Shown here: in pieces, positions 9,881 through 18,537 of the stretch | How the letters are laid out: each line of letters starts with the position of its first letter | Numbering within the stretch: position 1 is the first letter of the stretch | From: an uncultured Enterobacteriaceae bacterium | GTDB taxonomy: Bacteria; Desulfobacterota; Binatia; Bin18 | Direction of reading: 5' to 3' | DNA: 64,000 nucleotides | NCBI GenBank assembly: GCA_964460065.1 | Contig: CAYWPF010000147.1 | Coordinates: 711 to 64,710 of the forward strand | The notes under the pieces: generated by a model | What the model saw: the letters and a program-made list of their open reading frames with translations, nothing else | The model's database searches: none | What the model was told of the DNA's origin: nothing | Program-made: the position numbers and the translations under genes

Positions 9881-9911
9881 TCCAATGTTTATTTAGGAAA
9901 CGTGGAACATA

Positions 9912-11021
9912 TCACTGTGTAGCATGGGGCAAGTTGGGAACAGTCAAGCCACGTGCAATCTCTTTTTCACATGTAGGTACGGAACCCTGGACCTTCTGCC
10001 ACACGGCCGGCGTTTCCATGCACATATAAAACGGGACAGTAGGCGCTACATTTCGGAGCGCTTCTTTGACGAATTGGTACATCGAAACACGCATCGGCTG
10101 AAAGACACGCCATTTCCCATCTTCGCATGGTACCTGTTCACTGGATAAAAGCCTTGTCGTGGGAAACCGCTGCCGCATAATCGTCCGCAATCGATTCGTC
10201 AACCGGAGACTCCCCAAACTGACCCACGCTACGTTGGAAGCGTCAACGCGACTAAACAACTCCCGAATACACTCGGTATAGTCTTTCTCCCATCCCGTAT
10301 ACTCAATAAGCGGGTCGAAATGAAAGCCGACCTTATACCCAGCATTTTGCACTAGCCGAGCAGCCTCCACACGATGGGAAAAAGATGCAGTGCCATGCTC
10401 TTCGGAATCTGCGATTGCAGGGGGAGTCAGCGTCCACGACACCACGACGCGACCGCCTGAATCAAGCCCTAATAAGTTGTCCACACACCGGCTTTTCGTT
10501 TTGAACTCTAAAAGTACATTCTTCCGACGGGCGAAGAACGGGATTAAGTCCTTCGAGAACCCTAACAGATCATCAAGTGCCAGACTATCAGAAAGCTCTC
10601 CCGTGCCGATTCTGTATTGTCGGGATGGTTGTCTATCAACAACTTTCGCTAGTTCGGTGAGGAGATCCCCCACATTCGTGAAGACCTTTAACAAGGGATT
10701 GTTGGCGAGATATTCTTGAAGAAAGCAATAACTACAATCCATCGGGCAGTTCGATATCAGACTAGCAACTAGGTAATTACAGCACACCACGCCTGTGCCT
10801 CCTGCCGGGCAGTGATCAAGAAAGCTCGTCCGCTTACGCGTAAAAAGCAATCGTCTTTTGCCCTTGCCAAAGTCTGTTATTTGTTTACCACCGGAATCGG
10901 TCCGTTCCCAATTTCTGTCTACTATGCTCACGGGCACATCGGGCAACATTCGCTTAGCGCGCACGACTACCGGCGCATTCTCTTCGCCTCGTTCCACAAA
11001 CATTTCGGTCGGTTTATACAT
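9912..11021 (-). CDS. Radical SAM protein of the spore-photoproduct-lyase-like (SplB/COG1533) type
   Basis: It has the CxxxCxxC cluster CPMDCSYC near nt 10722-10748, followed by FLQEY. Length and context fit the SplB-like DNA repair photolyase family. Confidence 0.65.
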   Translation of the reverse strand: MYKPTEMFVERGEENAPVVVRAKRMLPDVPVSIVDRNWERTDSGGKQITDFGKGKRRLLFTRKRTSFLDHCPAGGTGVVCCNYLVASLISNCPMDCSYCFLQEYLANNPLLKVFTNVGDLLTELAKVVDRQPSRQYRIGTGELSDSLALDDLLGFSKDLIPFFARRKNVLLEFKTKSRCVDNLLGLDSGGRVVVSWTLTPPAIADSEEHGTASFSHRVEAARLVQNAGYKVGFHFDPLIEYTGWEKDYTECIRELFSRVDASNVAWVSLGSLRLTNRLRTIMRQRFPTTRLLSSEQVPCEDGKWRVFQPMRVSMYQFVKEALRNVAPTVPFYMCMETPAVWQKVQGSVPTCEKEIARGLTVPNLPHATQ

Positions 11022-11042
11022 TGCAGCGTATGTTCTTCTATT

Positions 11043-11624
11043 TTAAAGATCATCAGCAACTTCAAACACTGGGTCAAAGGACCCCTCAGCGACCAGTTTC
11101 TGAAGCTGTGCGACAAGCTCCTCCAGGTCTGCCGTATTGTCAGCCTTTAGCGTCAATGTGACCCCATTCCCTTCAAAGTGCTCGGGGAAGGATACCTTTA
11201 TTGCCCTAGGCAAGTCGAGAGCCCTGATTGTCGCCTTCGCATCTTCCTCCAAACGCGACAGGCGCGGGTATCTAATTTTTCTCAGGGCAAGTTTCACCGC
11301 CTTTAGCCGATCGCTACGGGTTCCCCGGACGGTGCGAGCCGCGCTCACGGTTTTACCAGTAAGAACGTCTTCGAAACGACATTCGTCCCGAGTCGCTATC
11401 TCTTCCACCCAATCTAAAAGATCCTTCGTGTGATTTTCCCCACAACCTAGATCCTTTATGAACAAAAATAGAGCTAACCCGTCCTTTTCGCTTAGTGTCA
11501 AAAGGCGGGAACGCGTCCTCTCACTTAAGCGTTTCCTGGACGCATATGCTACGATCCTATTTCGTGGGGGTTCATCGCTCTTATTCTCTCCGCCCATAAG
11601 TCCTCCGTCATTTGTCAAGCGCAT
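11043..11624 (-). CDS. Hypothetical protein
   Basis: The ORF is open to 11729, but that start overlaps the upstream GT2 gene by 122 nt. The internal Met codons at 11624 or 11597 are more plausible. I recognised no motif. The C-terminal half is charged and helical. Confidence 0.5.
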   Translation of the reverse strand: MRLTNDGGLMGGENKSDEPPRNRIVAYASRKRLSERTRSRLLTLSEKDGLALFLFIKDLGCGENHTKDLLDWVEEIATRDECRFEDVLTGKTVSAARTVRGTRSDRLKAVKLALRKIRYPRLSRLEEDAKATIRALDLPRAIKVSFPEHFEGNGVTLTLKADNTADLEELVAQLQKLVAEGSFDPVFEVADDL

Positions 11625-12456
11625 ATACCGTGATGAGCTTTTGCCATTCATCGCCAGACCTGCCACGCTTCCTCGCCCCGTTAAGCAGAATACTAACCTT
11701 CTTCCGCAGCATTTCCCGAGTGGCGACACCTTGGCGCGAGGATAGCTGCCCCGAATCCAAAAGTTTACAAAGGGCTGCTACACGAAAGCGGTCCATTCCC
11801 CCGTATCTACTGGACAACTGGTCGCCATGCCCGCCGCGTCTCAGGACCAAGGGCGATTCGATCAAGAAGATAGGCTCAGTCACGCAGACGCGTAACCAAA
11901 GGTCATAATCTTCGCAAGCAAGAAGGGTCTCATCAAATCCGCCAAGACGCTCGAACAGCGTTCGTCTCATCATCGTCGCCGACGGACTGACCAGGCACAA
12001 GCCTAAGCTCGCAAAAAAAATATCCCCCGTTGGTTTTCGATGCTTTTTCTTCGGATTGACCCGGACGCCATTACGGAGCCAGACTTCATCAGTTTGACAG
12101 ATTTGCACTTCTGGCTGGGAATCAAAAAATCTCGTCTGTTCTTGGAGTTTTTCCGGTTGCCAAATGTCGTCAGAATCCAAGAAGGCAATCAGCTCTCCAT
12201 CGCTGAGCCGTACTCCACTATTCCTCGCAGAAGAGACTCCTTGATTCCGTTGAAAAAAATACTGTACCGGAAAATTTGCTTCTGCAGCAAACACCTCCAC
12301 CGCTCGTCGCGTGGCATTTCTACACGATTCCACCGATCCATCATCCACTACGACAATCTCAAAATCACGGTAGCTTTGAGCGCAGGCTGAAGCCAATGCC
12401 TCCTTCACGAACCCCGAACGATTATGTGTAGGTATAATAACAGATACCCGGACCAT
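11608..12456 (-). CDS. Family 2 glycosyltransferase
   Basis: The N-terminus VSVIIPTHNRSGFVKEALASACAQSYRDFEIVVVDDGS is followed by a DSDD motif (FLDSDDIW). Confidence 0.85.
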   Translation of the reverse strand: MVRVSVIIPTHNRSGFVKEALASACAQSYRDFEIVVVDDGSVESCRNATRRAVEVFAAEANFPVQYFFQRNQGVSSARNSGVRLSDGELIAFLDSDDIWQPEKLQEQTRFFDSQPEVQICQTDEVWLRNGVRVNPKKKHRKPTGDIFFASLGLCLVSPSATMMRRTLFERLGGFDETLLACEDYDLWLRVCVTEPIFLIESPLVLRRGGHGDQLSSRYGGMDRFRVAALCKLLDSGQLSSRQGVATREMLRKKVSILLNGARKRGRSGDEWQKLITVYALDK

Positions 12457-12473
12457 GGAATTCTCTATTCCGT

Positions 12474-13073
12474 CTAAACAACAATTTCCTCTGAGGGATC
12501 GGATGTTAAATCAATTATAGTGTTCCAAAGATCGTCCTTGCCAACCCCATTGTGCGCCGAAAAGAAAATTAGCGTTGTCGGCCCTACAATGCTTATCAAA
12601 GCTTTCTTCCGTTGCGTCCGCTCATTCGGCTTTACCTTGTCGCACTTGGTAGCAACGAAGACGAAAGGGCGTTTATGATGTCGCAGAAATGTTACTAGCG
12701 CTGCCTCTTCGTCTTCTAGCCCGCGACGAATATCTATAATGATCACCACCCCCCGAAGGTTGGGAGAACCAATAAGATAACCTTCCACCATCTTCTGCCA
12801 ATTTCTGCGCTCGGATTTTGAAACCTTCGCGTAACCGTAACCAGGTAGGTCGACAAAGGTCAGTGCGTCATCAATGGCGAAAAAATTTAATTGGCGTGTT
12901 CGGCCAGGCGTCGACCCCGTGCGGGCTATTCGCCGACCTAGTAATCGATTGATCAACGAAGATTTCCCCACGTTGGAGCGTCCAGCAAACGCGATTTCCG
13001 GGTAAACAAGCGGCGGATAATGCCCCGTCTTCGTGTAACCACCCACAAACTCTACCTTGGATACGGTATTCAT
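12474..13073 (-). CDS. engB: Ribosome biogenesis GTPase YihA/EngB
   Basis: It has the P-loop AGRSNVGKSSLINRL, the G3 motif DLPGYG and the G4 motif TKCDK. Confidence 0.9.
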   Translation of the reverse strand: MNTVSKVEFVGGYTKTGHYPPLVYPEIAFAGRSNVGKSSLINRLLGRRIARTGSTPGRTRQLNFFAIDDALTFVDLPGYGYAKVSKSERRNWQKMVEGYLIGSPNLRGVVIIIDIRRGLEDEEAALVTFLRHHKRPFVFVATKCDKVKPNERTQRKKALISIVGPTTLIFFSAHNGVGKDDLWNTIIDLTSDPSEEIVV

Positions 13074-13200
13074 TCTTTGTTCCTACCGGCTCGGAGACCT
13101 TCCCCTAGATCGAACTCAAACGACACCGCCGTTAAAATTCATAAGACATCGACTAGATAGTATTGACTTCTTTCCTTCCGAGTTGTTTGTTTGACCGAAC

Positions 13201-13629
13201 ATGAAAAATGAATTACTCGGAATGCTCGTAACCGCCCTATCCATATTATCGGCAGCAATTGTCTCCGGCATAAGGCTCAAGCCATACATGGACGCGGGAG
13301 AGACGTACACGCCAGCCTCCTTCATGATCTATCCTGCGGTAATCGCGGCCGTGATCGCAGTCCCAATTATTTTTTTCCTTCGCAAAAGGCAAAACTCACA
13401 AACCATAGCTGTGGGGTCCCTTGTTTTTAAAGACCGCGCACCATTTATCGCCCTGTGGTGTGTTCTCTATATTGTCATTGCCTTTACCTTTTTTCCATAT
13501 GAGCCACCGGTCAAGTTGCCACCTGAGCTTGCCCCGTCGGAGGAGCAGTCACACGATCCTCTGAATCAACCCGTGGGGTCTCAGACCACTCTCGAAAAGT
13601 ACACGGGTCGGAAAGGCCACACAATCTGA
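13201..13629 (+). CDS. Hypothetical membrane protein (about 3 TM helices)
   Basis: There are three hydrophobic segments and a Pro/Glu-rich C-terminal tail. I recognised no family. Confidence 0.5.
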   Translation: MKNELLGMLVTALSILSAAIVSGIRLKPYMDAGETYTPASFMIYPAVIAAVIAVPIIFFLRKRQNSQTIAVGSLVFKDRAPFIALWCVLYIVIAFTFFPYEPPVKLPPELAPSEEQSHDPLNQPVGSQTTLEKYTGRKGHTI

Positions 13630-13682
13630 AACTCCCGAAGAATTATTCAACGTGGCTTTAATATATCCCACTTCGACATATA

Positions 13683-14105
13683 GTGAGAACTCACGTGGAC
13701 ACACTATCAGACAAATTGGACGCATTTAGCTTAGAGTTGGGGATGAAAATCGACGAATCCCGGCCAAATTTCTGCAGGGTGGTGCTGCCATATAAACCTA
13801 AGGTGTGCACGGCAGGTGGTGTTATCCACGGCGGCGCAATAGCCACACTGATTGACACCGCCGGCGTACTGGCCGCATGGAGTGACGCAAGCAAACAAGT
13901 CACCCGAGGCGCGACCGCTAGCCTTTCGGTAAGCTACCTTTCGGCCGCCCATTCAATCGACCTTATAGCAGAAGGGACAGTAATGCGCCGAGGTCGGAGC
14001 CTCGTGTTTGTTGACGTTGATGTCCGTTCCTTTGATGCAGTGTACGTTGCTAAAGGGACCGTAACGTATAAGTTCGGGTACGGTAACGCTAAGCTACCCA
14101 GGTAG
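13683..14105 (+). CDS. PaaI-family hotdog-fold thioesterase
   Basis: The motif GGVIHGGAIATLIDTAG is typical of the PaaI/YdiI 4HBT family. The start is GTG. Confidence 0.8.
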   Translation: MRTHVDTLSDKLDAFSLELGMKIDESRPNFCRVVLPYKPKVCTAGGVIHGGAIATLIDTAGVLAAWSDASKQVTRGATASLSVSYLSAAHSIDLIAEGTVMRRGRSLVFVDVDVRSFDAVYVAKGTVTYKFGYGNAKLPR

Positions 14106-14364
14106 TTGATTATTCCGTCCCGAGAAACGACATCTTCGGGCAAGACCCTTTTCCTTAAATATCAAGAACCACCCACGCAACAATCCTTAAAAAAATACCC
14201 TCTTGTGGCCAGCGGCTGAATGTGGTTCCCTCGCCTCTAACCATTTAGAGTGCTTGCTACGCACAGACTCTTGAAACCCTGAAAAACTGTTCCGCGTGGG
14301 AATACGGTCCCGTCTTCTGACAGATATTGTCTACAAATAAAAAGTAAAGGCGAATCGCATAAGT

Positions 14365-14832
14365 ATGGAAGACAAAGATGCCCGTCAATCATGGGACACT
14401 TATTTCATGATAATTACCCGCCAAGTAGCGGGGCGTTCCACCTGCACGCGTGCAAAGGTCGGTGCTGTTATCGTACGGGAGCGCAATATACTCACGACTG
14501 GATATAACGGCGCACCGGCGGGCCTACCCCACTGCACCGAGGTAGGCTGTCTGATTTACAAATCAACCACCCCGACCGGAGAACCGGAAGAGAACTGTTA
14601 CCGGACAATCCATGCGGAGATTAACGCCATTGCACAGGCCGCCAAAAATGGAACGAACATTCGAGGGGCAAATATCTACGTCACCCACACGCCCTGCATT
14701 CATTGCCTGAAAGTGTTAATCAATACGGGGATAAAAACGATCTACTATGAGAAGCCCTACAAAATCCACACCGTCCAAGAATTATTAAAATATTCCAACG
14801 TTGAGCTGAGGCCTGTAGAAATGCCTTCTTGA
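14365..14832 (+). CDS. dCMP deaminase (ComEB-type cytidine/deoxycytidylate deaminase)
   Basis: Zinc-binding motifs are HAEINAI and [14 protein letters not shown]. Confidence 0.9.
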   Translation: MEDKDARQSWDTYFMIITRQVAGRSTCTRAKVGAVIVRERNILTTGYNGAPAGLPHCTEVGCLIYKSTTPTGEPEENCYRTIHAEINAIAQAAKNGTNIRGANIYVTHTPCIHCLKVLINTGIKTIYYEKPYKIHTVQELLKYSNVELRPVEMPS

Positions 14833-14908
14833 CCCTTATCCACAAAATTCGCTTCGAGCAGGTCAACCGAAAGAACCTATTCCTTCCAACAGAGCCCTAA
14901 GCACGCCG

Positions 14909-15073
14909 TCAGTCGTGCGCAAGGACATTCTCCGATCCCGTGGCCGATACGGACAATGTATCGTAGGCGCCGAACTGGCTCGCCGCCGCAAACAACAGGA
15001 TAGACGCCACCAGCACAGTGATAAGAATATCGAGAGCACTGACGCCACGTTGGTTTTCTGCTAAATGTCGCAC
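14909..15073 (-). CDS. Unannotated 54-aa ORF with a type IV pilin-like (class III signal) N-terminus, here called a mini-pilin-like peptide
   Basis: I translated it by hand as MRHLAENQRGVSALDILITVLVASILLFAAASQFGAYDTLSVSATGSENVLAHD. The GTG start is at 15073, AGGAGG lies at 15082-15087 (8-nt spacer), and the ORF begins 24 nt after the LpxL-like stop. The leader ends in RG and is followed by a stretch of about 20 hydrophobic residues. It deviates from the PROSITE prepilin pattern at two positions (A at +3, D instead of E at +5). Confidence 0.5.
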   Translation of the reverse strand: MRHLAENQRGVSALDILITVLVASILLFAAASQFGAYDTLSVSATGSENVLAHD

Positions 15074-15097
15074 CCGTCGCTCCTCCTTGATTTCTAT

Positions 15098-16093
15098 CTA
15101 CGTGTACAGAGCCGGCGCTCCGTCAGGCCGACGCTTCCAACGTTTGTGAATCCACAACCAATGCTCAGGATATTTTTCCACCATCGCCTGAAAAATAGCG
15201 GTGAACTTCTCTGTCGTAGCTATAAGATCGTCCTTTTGGTTACCACTGCGAATCGGCTCTATCAACGGCAGAATGACGATCTTATGTTTCCAGGAACCGT
15301 TGATACGCACTAAAAAAGCAGGAACGACCGGCACCTTCGTTGTTAAGGCTAAACCTGCAAGACCTGCAGACGTCGAGGCCGGGACCGAAAAGAAGGGCAC
15401 AAATACTCCCATCCTGCCCGATGCATTCTGGTCTACAGCAGCGACAACGACATTTTTCTGCTTGATCGCACGAAACACTTCTAGACCGGCCGTTGTTTTC
15501 TTAATAACGGTCGCCCCGCCCCGTTCCCGCTCTTTGGTTAACGCCGCCTCGACAAATACGTTTCGCAACTGTCTGTGAACAATATGCATAGGCATGCCGT
15601 AACACGCTGCGGCTTTGGCAAAAAGCTCCCAATTGCCGAAATGTCCAGTCAAAATCAACGCGCCCGTCCCGCGAATTTCTTCTTCCAATCGCCGCCAGTT
15701 GTCTTCGTCTTCCACCTCTACACGGTCCCGAATGTTTGCCGAATTCACGTAGCGAAGGTGACAAAACTCTGCTAGCAATCTCCCGAGATTTCGGAAACTC
15801 TCCTTGAGTATACGCCGTCGCTCGACGTCGTCTCGCGCGGGGAATGCGACCGCCAAGTTTATCATCCCTATACCACGACGACGGCGGTCAACCCAATAGG
15901 CCAGAACACCAACAGTCTCCCCAAGTCGAAATGCTAAGCGGAACGGAAGTAAGCGGAAGAAAGTGTACACGGATAGGAAAAGAACATACTCTCCCCGAGC
16001 TAGGAGGCCTTTGCGTTGTCTTGCCGGCCGGATTATTTTCCTCTTGCGCGGCGGTCGATGAATCCTCGGACCGTCAGGTTCGCCATCGCTCAT
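15098..16093 (-). CDS. Lipid A biosynthesis lauroyl/myristoyl acyltransferase family protein (LpxL/HtrB, PF03279)
   Basis: It has an N-terminal TM segment and the catalytic-region motif LTGHFGNWE. Confidence 0.8.
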   Translation of the reverse strand: MSDGEPDGPRIHRPPRKRKIIRPARQRKGLLARGEYVLFLSVYTFFRLLPFRLAFRLGETVGVLAYWVDRRRRGIGMINLAVAFPARDDVERRRILKESFRNLGRLLAEFCHLRYVNSANIRDRVEVEDEDNWRRLEEEIRGTGALILTGHFGNWELFAKAAACYGMPMHIVHRQLRNVFVEAALTKERERGGATVIKKTTAGLEVFRAIKQKNVVVAAVDQNASGRMGVFVPFFSVPASTSAGLAGLALTTKVPVVPAFLVRINGSWKHKIVILPLIEPIRSGNQKDDLIATTEKFTAIFQAMVEKYPEHWLWIHKRWKRRPDGAPALYT

Positions 16094-16141
16094 ATTTTTT
16101 TACGCTAACTCACGACGGACAACACAAGCGCCTGCTGTATT

Positions 16142-16711
16142 TCACGCATGCGGATTGTCGGAGAAAGAGAAGCCAAAGGCGGCCCGTTCCTTCGCTACGA
16201 GTTCAGAAACCACTTGCGCGTCAATGTCCCGGTAACGCTGCAAAGTGTTCTGCATTTTTGCTTCTCCCCCATTGGCGCGTGCCATTTGGACGAGTTCATC
16301 CTTGATCCATCCGATATGCCATGTCTCGTCTTTCGACACCTCATGTAGCAGCTCTAGCGTCTCCGGATCTACGTCCGGTCGCCGCGAATGCTCAATATAA
16401 CGCTGCTGGGCTCTCTCTTCCACGACAACGGTAAGGGCAAACAAATCGATTAACGACCGGGGAATTCCGACGGCCCTACCTATTCGAGTTTGATAACCAT
16501 CGTCAACATGTATAGGTTCGTGTCCAAGATCAGTTATCCGTTTTGTCCAGAGCCACGCATGCCGCGTCTCATCGGCAAGATGCCGCGAAAGTTTGATTTG
16601 AGATTCCGTGTCTTCCACCCTCATAGTCAGCTTCAAGAGAAGCGTCGCTCCGCGGAGCTCGGCATCCCTGTAGTAGCTGTATAGACGAATCATTCGAGGA
16701 TCTACCGACAT
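16142..16711 (-). CDS. Ferritin-like di-iron carboxylate superfamily protein
   Basis: It has repeated ExxH motifs (ADETRHAW and KDETWHIGW) plus the EERAQQRY helix. The precise family is not recognised. Confidence 0.55.
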   Translation of the reverse strand: MSVDPRMIRLYSYYRDAELRGATLLLKLTMRVEDTESQIKLSRHLADETRHAWLWTKRITDLGHEPIHVDDGYQTRIGRAVGIPRSLIDLFALTVVVEERAQQRYIEHSRRPDVDPETLELLHEVSKDETWHIGWIKDELVQMARANGGEAKMQNTLQRYRDIDAQVVSELVAKERAAFGFSFSDNPHA

Positions 16712-16866
16712 ATTTTACGCCTTCCACCCCCAACACACGCATCAAGCCCGTGCGTTCCTGCCTGCTGGGTTCCTATACCGTATAAAGCAAGACTCGAAGA
16801 AAATCAATGACCCAACAACACATGTAAGCATCGACAAATGCTAACTTTTTTTATACGACTGCAATT

Positions 16867-17904
16867 ATGGGTGCCAATTCATCGTACAAATACCCGATAC
16901 CGCTTTTCGGTGTCTCAGCCAAAAAGGTTGCTCGTGTTTTCCTGTTGGCCTTTATCGCCGTCGCAAGCCATTGTGACATCATATCACCAACCTCGCCTAC
17001 GGTGGGACGTCCGAGTGGCCCGTATACCGTAACGCTTGAATTGAAGCCGCCCAGACCCTTTCCAGGTCAGGCGGCCATTCTAAAATTTCGAATTAGCCAT
17101 TCGAAAACCGGAAAGCCGGTACATGATTTACAGATATTACACGAGCGCGCACTCCACACTTTTATCGTAAACGAAGACCTATCCACATTCGCGCACACCC
17201 ACCACGAAGATTACAAAGCCCTGGACTTGCACACCCTAGAGAGCGCCGAGTTTGAATTTCCATATGAATTCCCTAAGGCTGGACGGTATTTCGTCGTTAA
17301 TGAATTCACCCACCATGGGAAAAGTTGGATAAAGCATTTTGTCATCACGACAGCCGGACAATCCTCGTCCTCGATTAAACCGAGAGATTTGACGATGCGG
17401 AAATCCGTTAGGGGGTACCAGGTCGCCATGAAGACCTCTCCATCGCCTCCAATCGCCGGACATCCAGTAGAAATTGTCTGTAGTCTAAGCGACGCAAACG
17501 GAGCCCCGGTCGACAATCTATCGCTCTACCTTGGGACTGAAGTCCACATGGCTAGCTGGAAAGTAGACGGAACCGGCTTTGGGCACCAACATACTTTCAC
17601 AACCTCTATGGCGGAACTCATGAAGCAAATGCAGGGTCATTCTATGGACGTCAACGAGATGTCGCGCAGAATGAACGACATAATGAGCCAGTCACGAAAC
17701 CAAGAGTATTTTGGACCAGAAGTGCCCGTGCGCCATGTCTTTCCAACGGCCGGTTTGTATAAAATTTTTCTCGAGTTTTCTCCAAACGGTATTTATCTCC
17801 CGGTTGGCTTCTGGCTCTCCGTAGAAGAGTTTACGGAGGGTACGGACACGCGTATAACTTCCATCCTGCCGGGCTTTTCTTCCGCAGATGGAGACGCGCG
17901 ATGA
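16867..17904 (+). CDS. Secreted protein with two tandem His-rich beta-sandwich-like repeats (putative metal-binding)
   Basis: It has an N-terminal hydrophobic signal. Repeat 1 reads ILKFRISHSKTGKPVHDLQILHERALHTFIVNEDLSTFAHTHHED. Repeat 2 reads VEIVCSLSDANGAPVDNLSLYLGTEVHMASWKVDGTGFGHQHTF. Confidence 0.55.
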   Translation: MGANSSYKYPIPLFGVSAKKVARVFLLAFIAVASHCDIISPTSPTVGRPSGPYTVTLELKPPRPFPGQAAILKFRISHSKTGKPVHDLQILHERALHTFIVNEDLSTFAHTHHEDYKALDLHTLESAEFEFPYEFPKAGRYFVVNEFTHHGKSWIKHFVITTAGQSSSSIKPRDLTMRKSVRGYQVAMKTSPSPPIAGHPVEIVCSLSDANGAPVDNLSLYLGTEVHMASWKVDGTGFGHQHTFTTSMAELMKQMQGHSMDVNEMSRRMNDIMSQSRNQEYFGPEVPVRHVFPTAGLYKIFLEFSPNGIYLPVGFWLSVEEFTEGTDTRITSILPGFSSADGDAR

Positions 17905-18530
17905 CCATACGGTATGCACGCTGGAAGAGTCGCCTGATGGCTGCGCTCTTATCTTTTATAACTGCGACAGCCATGGGCGGTCACGGATTCATGACGACCT
18001 TCGGCAATATAGAGTGGTTGCCGGAACCAGGCCGCACGCCGGACCAGCCCTGGTACGCAGCCGACCGTCTACAAGAGGCGGCTAGGTTATGGGCCGCGGG
18101 AACGCCAAACGAGCGATTAGACCTTTCGCTCGGATTCGCTCGGGAAAAATTGGCCGAGCTAGAAGCCATGCTAATATCAGAAAATTCGAACGCTGCAAAA
18201 ACGGCCATTGACCAATACTGGAACTATCTTCGCCGGGCCAAGGATTCCATCCCGCCGCACATAGGACAGAAGCAAAAGAAAGTATACGAAATGACAGAAA
18301 CGCTAACGAACCACCTGCTCGAGCACCAGTACATCCTGACTATCATATACTATGATCTGCCGGTAACCTCGCGCCCTTTGCTAAAAGCGTTTTTCCGTGA
18401 CTCCCAGGAATTCTATCCCACCGTCGCCGATCAAATGCCTCGCAAAAGCCGGGGAAGCCTATTCTTTAAAGAAGAAGAGGTGCGTTGGGCCATCGAAATG
18501 GCAATGCGTGATGATGGGGAAGACGGCTAG
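17901..18530 (+). CDS. DUF5667-like helical secreted/membrane-anchored protein
   Basis: Its ATG overlaps the upstream stop (ATGA at 17901-17904). It has an N-terminal TM or signal segment. The segment PWYAADRLQEAARLWAAGTPNERLDLSLGFAREKLAELEAML resembles DUF5667. Confidence 0.45.
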   Translation: MTIRYARWKSRLMAALLSFITATAMGGHGFMTTFGNIEWLPEPGRTPDQPWYAADRLQEAARLWAAGTPNERLDLSLGFAREKLAELEAMLISENSNAAKTAIDQYWNYLRRAKDSIPPHIGQKQKKVYEMTETLTNHLLEHQYILTIIYYDLPVTSRPLLKAFFRDSQEFYPTVADQMPRKSRGSLFFKEEEVRWAIEMAMRDDGEDG

Positions 18531-18537
18531 CCTACTT

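Noticed and set aside
11625-11729. A 5' extension of the hypothetical gene into the 3' end of the GT2 glycosyltransferase.
   Set aside because: It would overlap the GT2 gene by 122 nt. The internal Met codons at 11624 or 11597 are more parsimonious.
14863-15048. The track ORF of 61 aa (MASVLSIFLSLCWWRLSCCLRRRASS...).
   Set aside because: It is out of frame with the SD-supported 54-codon pilin-like ORF on the same strand. It is Cys/Arg-rich, has an internal GTG start and has no ribosome-binding site.
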